This document shows, in pieces, positions 39,701 through 51,700 of a DNA stretch of 64,000 nucleotides. This stretch comes from Pocillopora damicornis (lineage: Eukaryota), in the NCBI RefSeq assembly GCF_003704095.1, contig NW_020845867.1, positions 124,001-188,000 on the forward strand, read 5' to 3'. The notes beneath the pieces were generated by a model that was not told the origin of the DNA, searched no databases, and saw nothing but the letters and a program-made list of their open reading frames with translations. Numbering within the stretch: the stretch's first letter is position 1; each line of letters opens with the position of its first letter. The position numbers were made by a program, and so were the translations under genes.

Positions 39701-42700
39701 AAAAAGTCAGTTTAGTGTGCTCACCACTTCTTCTCCATCATCAACATCACTCATTGATGGTGTGGCAGGAGTCTTGATATTTGAGCTTTCTTCCACTTCT
39801 GAGTCCTAAAAATACAATAATAGAACAGATTTGTGTTTAGTCTCTAACTGGTAATCATATCTTACAAAACCTAGTAAGTAATTTTAATATCTCAAAACAA
39901 AGAGGTTCTGGAGTTGAAATCCTATATAGTTTATTTTCTGCAGCCTTGAGCTGAAGTCTATTGCTTAATATTGAATCTATAAATAATGGTTACCATTATA
40001 ATAGGACTGAGTGGAGTCAAATTTAGTCTGTAATCATACAATTGATCATCAAAATTAGATGACCACAAAGGATTTGTTAATCACAAGTATGATTAAAAAC
40101 TGGATGGGGAGACATGAAGTCCTGTTGAAAGATTTCTTAATTCAATCATTAATGTTTGCTAAATGAAGGTATCTTCATACATCAAGTAAACTCACCTCAT
40201 AGCCAAGTGCTCCTACGTCATATACACCGGCAAGATCAATTGTTGGCCGTCCAAGATCACTCTGCAAATCAAAACAAATAGTCAAAATCTTTTCAGACCA
40301 GATATAAGGGAAACAATTTACATCACATATGAAGAGTGGCACCTTCAAGTTTTGGAGCCACATTTTCTGATTTTCAAAATATGTGGGGAAAATAGTAGAA
40401 TTCATCAACCCTTTAACTCCATTATCTGATCTTTAATTCTCCCATCTGGCTGCAACACATTTCCTTGATAACTAGTTACAATTATTTGGTGTTAGATCAT
40501 GATAACAAGTCTACTACCTAATAATTTTGAGTATTCTCATTATCAGTTTGCTTGACAATGCATGGATATTATAGGGAAAAGTTACATGTTTATCACTTCT
40601 GGGAGTTAAAGGGTTGACAAATCTTGGTAACCAAGGTATTAAGGTAATAGCGGAGCTCGCAGAGTGTAGCCCCGTAATTATACAAAATAGTAGTAACCCA
40701 TCAAGCTGAAAAAATTTGGATGTACGACCGTATGACCATACAAGGTGCTACTTTTAACATGCGTGGTCAACTGTACTGCAGGCACGTCAACGCCACAGCT
40801 TTGTCCAGTAGTCCAGTGGTCAGAGCACTGGGCTCCGAGTTGGACAACCTGGGTTCTAGTCCTGACCGGGGCAAGGCATTGTGCCCTTGAGACGTGCGGG
40901 GAAAAAAAATGCAAGCTCCACTTTTAGGCTTGGCTAAATCTATGCATTACCTTGGTAACTGAAATCTGTATACTAATTGCATACCTTGCCTTCCTCATCA
41001 TCTGAAAGATCAGTCATAAAGTTCAGATTTATGTTGTCTCCTAATCCAGTGCTTAAGGTGATTGTTCCACTACCATCGCTGACTCCTCGACCAAACTTTT
41101 CTTGATCTGTTGACTGTTTCTGGTTTTTATAAATGCAACAAAAATCAAATTAATTCAAACCTAACATACTGGTCAATAAATGTGATGAGCTGACATTCCC
41201 TATGACCATTATATGTAACAGTGGAATCCTAATTTTTCAAACCAATTATGGGAAAGAGAATTGACCTTCATTATAGAGAGCTTCAAAACTGGCTGTAAAA
41301 AAAGGGTTAACATTTTTTGACAAAAGAAGAAAGGACTGAATATCAAAAGCCTTGAACTTACCCCTAGTGAATCCTTAACGCCACCAAGAGGAGCCTGCTT
41401 GAAAGGATCCATATGTCGTTCTGCACCTGAAAACCTTCCACTAGTTCGAAGCCCACTGCTAGAGCCTCCACCTAGTGGGTTTTTTCCCAGAGAACCTCCA
41501 AGGGAGGTCCCACCAAGAGAACCCCCTCCAAGAGAGCCCCCTCCAAGAGACCCCCCTCCAAGAGGGCCCCTACCTAAAGTGCTCCCTCCAAGGGAACCTG
41601 TACTTGCTCCAAGGGAACCACCCAGTGAGCGTCCTGGAGATGAATCTCTCAATGGAGCCAAGGAACCTTCACCTTTCAGTGGTGCCAAACCAGGGCTAAG
41701 AGACTTAAAGAGGACATTGAACAAATCACTTTCCAATGAAAAGAATAATAAAATTCAAATTAGCTGCAAGATATCTTCAAATTNNNNNNNNNNNNNNNNN
41801 NNNNNNNNNNNNNNNNNNNNNNNNNNNNNNNNNNNNNNNNNNNNNNNNNNNNNNNNNNNNNNNNNNNNNNNNNNNNNNNNNNNCCGAAAAGTTGACAGAT
41901 GCCCACTTATTACTCCCAGACTCACGAGCAATCCTTAACTTATATCTTAAATTTGGTGTGTGTGTGTGTTTCATTTCTTAGTAACAAGGAGAGTGGTGTA
42001 ACAACGAATAAGGAAGAAGACAGGTTACAGAGAGCAACGTTACAAGCAGAGGCTGCAGAAAGGTAAAAGTGAGAATATATCTGAAAATCCCAGCTATATC
42101 GTCAAGTGAAGGGCCTTTTTTTACGCAGTAGTTATCAGTGTTTTAACGCTGCAATAATCAGAGCGTTACAAACAGTTTTACCAGTGACACCTGCTAAGCT
42201 GCATGTCTAAAAACCGAAAGTAAGGTCGGACGAAGGGTACATGTAGGACGCACGAATATACAATTGTAGGTATAAGGACACCAGAAACAAAGCTGTAAGA
42301 ATTAACACAACTTAAAACAATTGAGTGTCCTAAAACCAAAACCATAGTAATATAAGCCGTAAATCAGGGCAAAGAAAATATGTCCAAGAAGCCAATGAGA
42401 ACTCCAAGTGAAAACAAGCAAACACGGTTGACGAAATCGCAATTGTTTTGGTTTTGAATCTCATTGGTTGATAAACTGGTGTGAGTTTTTTGGACCAATC
42501 ACCGAGTGAAGTAAAGTAAAACTAATCAATCAATGCAATCTCGGATTGAATATCCTTGGTTGAAAAAATGGCTTGCGTTTTCTGAGACCAATCACAGAGC
42601 GAAGTAAAATGAAACCAATGCAATTACAGATTACTTTCGACGGTCAATCGAAAATTGCTCTAAGTACTGATGATGCAATTCCTTGGTGGCTGTTTAGTGT

Positions 42701-45700
42701 TTTGAATCTTCATGTCTTTAATTGCAGAAGAGCAACAGATCAGAGGGAACAAGAGCAAGCAGAGAATCAGGAAAAAGAAAAGTAAATATAAGCTCTCTTT
42801 ATCTCAAATTTCAAAAACCCGGGTATCTTTTTTACAGTGTCTATGGTAATTATAAGTCTGATACAGTTCTACCTTGAAAATTTGGTGATGTAACTGTCAG
42901 CAAAATTACGATGTGTTTTGTAGGCTAGCAAAAGAAGCAGCCAAAGCAATCGAAGACATGAGGAAAGCCACTGAGAAAGAACTGAACGAGGCAAAGCAGA
43001 AACTACAGAAAGAGAAAGAAGATGCTCTGAGGAAGCTCCAAGAGCAATATCGAAAAGAACAGGACAGTGAGGAAGAACGACTGGCAAAGGAACACGATGC
43101 TGTGATGAAAACACTCGGAGAAAAAGCCAGAGAAGACGCTTTAGAGGAGGAAGCCATGTTACAGGAAGGTAAACAGGATGCGATGCGGAAACTAAAACAG
43201 CAGATACAAAGAGAACAAGAACAGGAAGAGGCTGAACTGAGAAAGGAAAAGAAAGAGGCTTTGAAAGCACTCAGAGAGGAGCTGGAAGAACAGGAGGAGC
43301 AAGAGAACGACAAGATGGCGGAAGAACGAGAGAAAGCTCTGAGGAAGATGCGGGAGACGTTTGCAGTTGAAATGGAGGAAGAAAAACAGAAGTTGAAAGA
43401 TAAAGAGAGCGAAGTTGTAGAGCAATTAAGAGAGAAATTAGAAAAAGAAAAAGAGATGGTACGTTTGAAAGGGAGGCTGTTTTAAAATACTTCGCGTCCA
43501 ATCATTTTCAGAGAAATATCCTGCCCTTCTTAGTAAAATGCTACATGCTGTCTCGTTAAAGTCCCTCGCAAAAAGAGCCTTGAACGCATGTAAATGCGCA
43601 ATTTGAATGCATATCACTACTTTTATTATAATTCATATATTGCAGGCGTTGGAAGAGCTGCAGCAAAACAATGAGTACGAACTACAACAACTAAAAACGG
43701 AGCTAGCCGAGAAGCACGAGAAAGCATTGCAGGAACTGAAGAGTGAGTTAGAAGTGGCGCAAAACAGCGAATTAACTGCTGCGCGCAGATCTGCGGCGGA
43801 ATCCAAAGCTAACTTCACTATGAGTATGGACTCACTGGATGTAGAGGTAAAAGTGATCTGGAAGTTCTCTGCACCCTTTGGAATTGGTTGCTTATAGTTA
43901 TTGTTCAGACAATTTGATGGTCGAAGGAAGTTTTCCTTTTTTGTCGGAAAAATCCCAGACGGCGTCTTGTTCACGCCTAGGAAATTTCTTTCGCTAATTA
44001 TTATTTTTGTCTTTCCTGAAAGGCTCAACAGGAATTTCAGAAAAGGAGAAAAGATTTAGAAGCTAAGAACGAGAAACAGCTAGTAAGTTGAGCGACTATT
44101 TGGCGAAATTTTGAGGACCTAGTAACTGTTCACTGTCGCCACTTCGACCGATTTCTTTCGTTTGTGGCTGAGAACGTTTCTACTTCTCCTGAATAGAATG
44201 CTAGTGTTAAGCCCCCAAGCAAATTTCTTCGGGTTGCAAGGACACTTTACAGCTACTCTGGTCTGGGGGTAGAGTAGAGTAGAGTGCCCATGAACACTAC
44301 ACATTGACTCCAGCCAGGTCTCGAACCCAGACCTTTCGAAGCGGAGTCCAGCTCGGTAACCACCCGGCCACCGCCTCGCTCTTTCACCCTTGAGTTCAGT
44401 TTTTTCAACAGATACCATTTTTAAAAGGATTCACCTTTTAAAAGTTAAAATTTCCCTTTTTTAACTTTTTAAAACAATTTTTGTAGGAGGCTTTGCAGAA
44501 AGAATATGAGAAGAAAATTTACAGCATAAAACAAGAGTGGAAGGAACAGGTAATGTGATATAGCAAAATATTCTCCTTAAAAATTGGGGAATTCGTGTAA
44601 AGCAATTTTCATTCGATTCTCGTGAAACCAAAACCAAAGTTATTACAACAGCCAATCACAATAAAGGCTTTTGTCATCACTAGCCAATGAGGACTCAAAG
44701 TAAAAACGGGCCGGTAAACTTCCAAATGCGCGGGGAGACGCAGGCGACCAATTCACGATTGGTTTTCGTTTGGCCTGTGATTGGTATAGAGCGTGGCGCA
44801 AGTTTTCTAAACTAATCACAGACCGCAGTAAAACAAAACTAAGGCAAACCTGGATTACTTTTGACATTCATTCGAATGGAAGGAAGGAAGGAAAGGAAAG
44901 GAAGCTATTTCATCGCTGGTTCCCGCGGCATTTTCCAGGTTTCCAGGAAATTTTGGTATGGAGAGGCACTATGAGAAAAAAAATGGCCGCGCATGGCTTG
45001 AATATATTTCCATTTGTATGCTCTACTTTACTGAGTGGTGTATTTCACGCGCTTGTTATAATTGTGTGAACAGGAGACCAAGGAAAGGTTTGACTTGAGC
45101 GAAAAATGGGAAAAGGAGAAGAGGAACTTAACAGAAGAACACGAAAAGAATGTGAACAAGCTACGACAGGAGATGGAAACTAAGAAGAACCAGCTGCAAA
45201 GCGAATTGAACCAAATGGTTTGTTTCTACTTTGTGTTTCCGAAAATGACTTCTCAGGTTCAAATAAGAGTAGAGGCACTGCATGGCCGTGGGAAAGTGGG
45301 CTTGAAATACGCGCTGCTAGGCACTAGTCTCTTGCTTCCTACTGAGTTTGAGTTTTAACCATTGGTTGAGATGTTTTGAAGAACTATGATTAGAGGCTCA
45401 TGGTGTGGAAAAGGTTGCTTTTCGGCTCCTCTGCTAGCTTAGTTTAAAGCCACGTTATTTGATCATCACGTAGTTCAGTAGTGGAAGCATAAGTTGCAGA
45501 CGTTTACACCATTGACACATTCCTTTTTTATGCTAAATGCGAAAAACTTTGAACGTCAGAGAAATCTCGAATGCGGAGTGAATTGAGATGGCGGTCGGAA
45601 AGAGTCCAACGTGAGATTTTTCGCCTTACGTCCGCCGCCCAAGTCGTGTTTCTCTCCATCAAACGTGTCCAGTTTTGTTGTAACAGTTTATTCGCCGTTA

Positions 45701-48700
45701 ACGCTAAAATTAATAAAAATATCATTATGTGGACGTAAGCAATCAAGCAATGGCAGTCATGTTTTCTTACATACAATTATTTTGATTTAAAAATTAGATA
45801 TTCAATGTCGTATTTAAAAGATCTATATCATAATCTGTGCCTCGTTACAGAAATTTTAGCCCCAACTTTTTTCGCTGTCTTTTGCAATCTGCTGGTTTTC
45901 CCCTTCTCCTTCCTGGCCATCTTTATTCCCAATTCTTGTTCTGTTGTGACCTCATAGGTGTTCTTTTATTTTACTGATCTAATATTTTATAGTTTATGTC
46001 AAGATGAAGTTGGTTTTGCTTGGCGTTCAGATTAAACGCTGAGCGGAAATTTCGTTTTCGTAGTCTTAAACTTCAGTTTCGCTAGTGGCTTAAGTTACAG
46101 AATTCCCCTCACTAAGATTTGTTTTCTTCGCGAGAAACTTCGTTTTATACAAACTTAATGTACTGTTAAATAGCGGTAGTTATTTTCAATTGAAATATCA
46201 GGAAGCAAGTATGGCAACCGAACAAGACAATCTTCACAAGCTGCGCGAGGCACTGGAACAAGAGGAGGAAGAATTAGCCGCCCAAGTATGCCAACTTGAA
46301 CAGTTTTTTCCGTGAACATTCAATATCATTAGGAAGGGTTACGGTCATACTTCGTGTTGAAATACAACAATGATAAAGCATGATCGTTTGTTTCGCTTTA
46401 ATTTTGATGTGGAGCGCGATGTGTCTACCACAAAGTGTTCGTTTTCTTTAGGCGATGAGTTCCACTGGTTACATTTGCTTGGGTGAAATCGCAGAATCTG
46501 GTGGTTTGACCGCCATAAACTTGCAATTAAAGCATTAAATTTCTGATATTCCTTACTCACTAGTTGCGAAGACTCGTGCTTGTCGGGTACCCTTGTCGCT
46601 GCAATAACAAAAACAATTTTTCTGCTTGCTACAGCACGTGCGTTTGGGAGTTTCTCTGATGAAAGACTAAAATCTTTCCTTGATACTCATGAATATTTTG
46701 CTTTTTCCCCTTTGGTTCTTTTTATCATAGAGGAGAACATTGGAGGAGAATCAAGAGGAAATCGAGGAGGAAAGAAAGCGACTTGTGCAGCAGAGAGAGG
46801 TAATTTTAAAAAACTTTCACTCCTCTGATTAAAAAGCCGGCCTGTTCTCCTGACCAATGATTATACATTCCTTCTTGGCTATTATCGAGAATCTGTTGTT
46901 ATATCATAACTGTGGTTCCTTGCTGGTATATTCCTAGTTCTCTTGTACTGTTTGCTTAACATTTTTTTTTCCTTTTTGTTGCTATTACGCAAATGTAAGG
47001 TCATGTGATTTTATCGTCTCTTTCCCGCAGGCTCTAGCTCGAGCCGGCGAGCAAGCAGCGGCATCGACAGGAGAGGATGAAACACTGGCAAGGCTTCAGT
47101 TAGATGAGATCAAGGCAGCCATCTCAAGTAGTGAACGTGACTTAAACAAATTAAACAGGTTCATGTTTCGAATTTCATTATATTAATTTGTTAATTCGGT
47201 ATTTAACACTTTATTTTTAACTCAACCCTTTAATCCCTGGGGCTGACTAGCATCTAAGTTCTCCTGACTAAAGACACTCCCGATTGTCAAACAACCTCTC
47301 CTTGTAGGTACCACAGAAAATGTATAAGGAGCAGTATGGAGAATATACACATTGATGCGAAAGTGTAAAGGGTTAATGGCTCACCCTACCAGTTGATTTT
47401 TGGAGCCAACACGAGGGTGATATGAGATATCAAGTGGTTTCTTTTCTTGTTTACAGATTGAAAAAGAACCTTGAAATCGAATTGGACAAGTTAAGCAAAA
47501 CTAAACAAGAGCTTCAGCATGATATCAGGTTGGTTACCAGACTGCGTGATACTATCTTCCAGCTTCGACCGTTACACACGAATATCATTGCGTTACCTCA
47601 TTGTTAATCACGGATTTCAAGAAAATCTGGTTACCAGTGCTCTACCGCCGCCTTTAAGACCTCTTACCGCTGTCTGTTGAGCCTGCGAGCAAGCTTTCGT
47701 GTTTGAGTTTTGCCTCACGACCTCTTTGACGGGCACAGCTGCTCGTTACACCATAGGCAGGTGTTTATAGAAAGAGTTCTGGGTATTCTTGTAATTAATC
47801 CTCTTTTAATTGCTTCATCACAGCAATCTTACGAAAAATCTGAAAGAACTGAAAGAAAGTTGTCGAAAGCAGAGTGAAGAGCTACAAGACCTTCTGATTC
47901 AGCGAGATAAACTTCAAGAAGAAACCATCACTAACGGTGAACACGAAGACACCCTGGTAAATGACAATGGTCTTGATAAGCCAGTGGCCTCCACATCGAA
48001 AGTTAGAGATGTAAAGAAAAGGCCCAAAAAACAAGGGGCTGATTTGGGTTCTGAAGATGAAGCCCTGCATGTCGAGGACCTGGAACCTCCTGGTGTTTCC
48101 GCTACTCAGGTACCTTCCTTGACCGTATCAACAAACGCCTCGGTTTTAAATGCCAGCCCTTTTTCCTCCGCAAATTTCGCTGAATTTTAAACCTCGTGCG
48201 CTTGAGCCCGCGTTATAGACCATATACCTGTCACGTAGCATTTCGTTATTCAGCTCTGCCGCGCCCTGACTAGGTCTTTGTGTTGTACTCTTCGGTAAGG
48301 CACTATACAGTGTCTCTCTCCACCTAGGTGCATGGGGAAACTTGAAAAGTTGCTTAAGTGTTCTTGCGATCAGCGGTTTGCCTTTCAGGCGAGGAACGCT
48401 TTCGTGTCCCTATTTTTAAGACCTATACTTCTATACACCCTTAATTTTTCTTTACTACGGTATAATTTGACCGAAAGAAAGAACACTACACTCTTACAAA
48501 CACAACAACTGTGTTAAACAACTTGTAATACTCTTACTTGGGAACGACTCTTACAGACAGTACAATAATTATCCTTTATAAACTTACTTAAGCCCACTAC
48601 AAACTATAAGTTAGGTAACCACTGATACAATCTCACAGTTGTCTCCAAAGTTCCTCGAAATAAACAGTCTTCCACAATACAGGTGTAGCTCTCTCGGTAT

Positions 48701-51700
48701 AGCTTTCCAGATGATTAGTCTCTCCCGAAAACCACAACAACTAACTACTACTACACGACTGAGACCTTATATACATTTACAAAGTGTTTTAGAACATTTA
48801 CGGAAGCTCGCAACACAACTATTTTAGTTGTATTGCATGTACATCAAAACTAAGTAACCTAATAGAACGTTCAAACAAGAATATTCATTTTTGTTTTATA
48901 GGGCAATCGTCTGGTGCCACCTTCAGACATGAAAGGTACTATGATTATAATTGTTAATTAAATAAGCAATTAATCAATAATGCGATTTGATCTGTTATAT
49001 TATCGGAGCAGGCGCGTTAGTAACTCACTTCTCCTCCGGGTAAAATCCCCCGATAGTATTGATTGATAATATCAATCAAATGCTCAATTCCGCATTAAAT
49101 TTCAGATCTAAAACCCAATTTAGTGTCATGAGGAGCGCTTTCTTATTGAATGTGTACAGTAAATTGGGATTGCCTTTGCTTTTCTTCACTTTGTGATTGG
49201 TTCCAAAAATTCGCCCCTCCTTCTCAACCAATCAGATACAACAAAACGGATGCCAATCGTAAATTAGTTGCTTACGTTTCCCTGCGTGAGAGTCCATTTA
49301 CAATAATTCTCTCATTAGTGCATTGTAATATTGTCCTTTATTCTGATAGGCCGTTCCACAGGTTCTAGTTTTACGACGCGCAGTAGAAAAGCGCTCCAAT
49401 GCTTGAAACTTGTTGCATTGTCGATAAAAGGCGCACAGCGGTTTCTTTTTATGCAAGGCTGTGTATTTAAAGACTTCGTGGCGATAATCTGAGTTCTCCG
49501 TCATCTTTAACTTCTTCACTGCCTCAAGTTATTATGTTGGAATGTTCTTTGCAGTTCAATTCTTTACAAATATGATCTCCCTCTTTAAAATGTTAGTATT
49601 TTGTTTACAGTTCGTTCAGACAGCGAGGACCTTTCCCCAGGTGAATTCTCTCCCCGGGCACCTGTGCATTCTACGGCCAAGAAAGGCTCAGCAGGAGTCC
49701 GAGCACCTAAAGAGCCTGGTGGACTGGGGAGAGCTTTCGATTTAGGTGAGTGACAATGTATGTCAGTGCAGGTTAGACTACTTCTAAGCTCAGAAAACGG
49801 ACGCCGCTCTCTCAGCCAATGAGATGCAAAGCTAAAGGTTCGCGTGTTTACCTGTACTTGACGCCAGGTTGGTATGTGTTGTGCGTTATTTACTTCTGGC
49901 TTCTTGTGATATTTGCATTTCCGGTCACTATTATTACCAGGATTTTGGTTGTACAACTCACAGTTGAAAAGCGCTCAAATACTAATTTAGTACAAATTTG
50001 TCAACGTTCTTTTACGAATGCTGCGATCTGCTTAGTTAAGCCACTCGCTATCTATTCCATGATAGATTGTGAGTCAGGTGATTTGCCCGACAGGTTGCAG
50101 TTGTAAACAGAATGAACCATAACCATAAGCCTATCTTGTTCTTAAGCGTTTAATGACCAGTAGATTTGTACTAAAACAACTAGATTACTCCCTCTCGATT
50201 TCTATGCGTGATAGTTGATAAGGGCTTCGTCTTCGTCAAATAACACGCGATAGAAATCTCGAGCTCATCTAACTGTTCAGTATAAATATTGGTAAAGGTA
50301 TTGTGAAGTTTCTTTCGGGGCTAATTACGTATTCTTATAATATTTTGTAGCGGACATCTCATCTGATGAAAGTTCTTCCGAGGATGTGCAAGGAACCTTT
50401 TTGTATTTAAAGAAGAAAGCTGAACTTCGTAACAGGTGAGAAAGTCACAGATTAGACAGTCCTGCACTATTAGAAAAAGCACTATCACTAAAACTGGAAA
50501 ATTAGTATTTAGGTTACCAGGATAGGGTTTAGCTAAGCTCTGGTGCCTCTGAGAATGGAATTTGATGAAAAATTGTATTGGTTCTGTACCTTCATCAGCA
50601 TCACAGAACAGTTCCTATTTAATTTGAGAGCGTAATCCGACGCTTAAGGCAGTCTCGGCGCCGCGTGAACTTTTGGGAGCGAGGCACTCGGAAAAGCGAG
50701 TCGAGACTTTTTCTTCGATTTTTATGACTTGCGCGATAATTCAAGTTGGGAAGAAATGGACTGATCAAAAAGTTTGGACTAAAAAGTTCGTGATTTTTCT
50801 TGCAGTGAATTGAAAAGCCGCATTGCGCAGGAAGGAGATGCCATAACAAGGGCAAAGGAGTTCTTACGACGACAACGGCGCTCTGTGCAACGAAGACAAG
50901 TAAGCAGAATTTTAGATTAGGGTTAAACGGGTACGATTCACCTCCACCTGATGATATCTTTAATAGATGCACTCAACAATTTTCAAAAACTTCATTGATT
51001 TATTATGAACATATCACAATTTCTTCATGTAAAAGACCTCCAAGAAATTCTTTGCTTGAAAGATTTACGGAAAGCGTTTCCCGCAATGATCCTTGATCTC
51101 GAGTATCAAGTTATATAGGCGTAGGATAATGTTTTTGTTCCATGCTAGATTACGACTTTTAACGAAACTATGTATTTTAAATGGTGCCAGTTGGATTCCT
51201 TACCTGTAACCCACGGTGGAAAAGCGTCTTATTAAGAGAGATAAAGAACACAGCTAGTCACCTCGTATTGCGATAACATACGATAAATGGGCCAATTCTG
51301 ATCCGATTACAGACTGTACATTTTTACGTAGCAAGGGTTTTCCTCCTCATCAGGTCGCTTTAGAAGACGCTCGGAAAGAATGGACAAATGATGTGTCGCG
51401 GAACATTTCACGAGGAAAGGTTTGTTGTAACATGCATAATTCAAACTACACTGGAATGCTGAAAGTAATTAAGGAAAATTTTACACATTGACTCCTCTTT
51501 CTCCTTTTGCAGCCGCTGTCCAGTCGTAATGCTAATTTTTTGGAAGATGTAAGAACACGCTTAGACGAGGTAAAGACGGTTTTCCTTTTAGATTAAAACT
51601 CTGGAAAGTACTCAACCATTTTCCGTCGCGCCTGGTCTCCTTCCCTTTCTCCTTTTCCCTTTTGAGGAGGACCATAGGAAAAGATTTGTGGAAAACTTGA

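Noticed and set aside
40802-40873. tRNA-Arg(CCG)-like gene
   Set aside because: The acceptor, anticodon and T stems do not pair properly.
41399-41938. + strand Pro-rich (PPRE)n ORF on the same strand as CEP164
   Set aside because: It is the antisense shadow of the GGSLG exon. The splice sites and CEP164-like motifs are on the minus strand, and the ORF runs into Ns.
42869-43501. Several minus-strand Ser/Leu/Phe-rich ORFs
   Set aside because: Antisense shadows of the purine-rich CEP164 coiled-coil exon.
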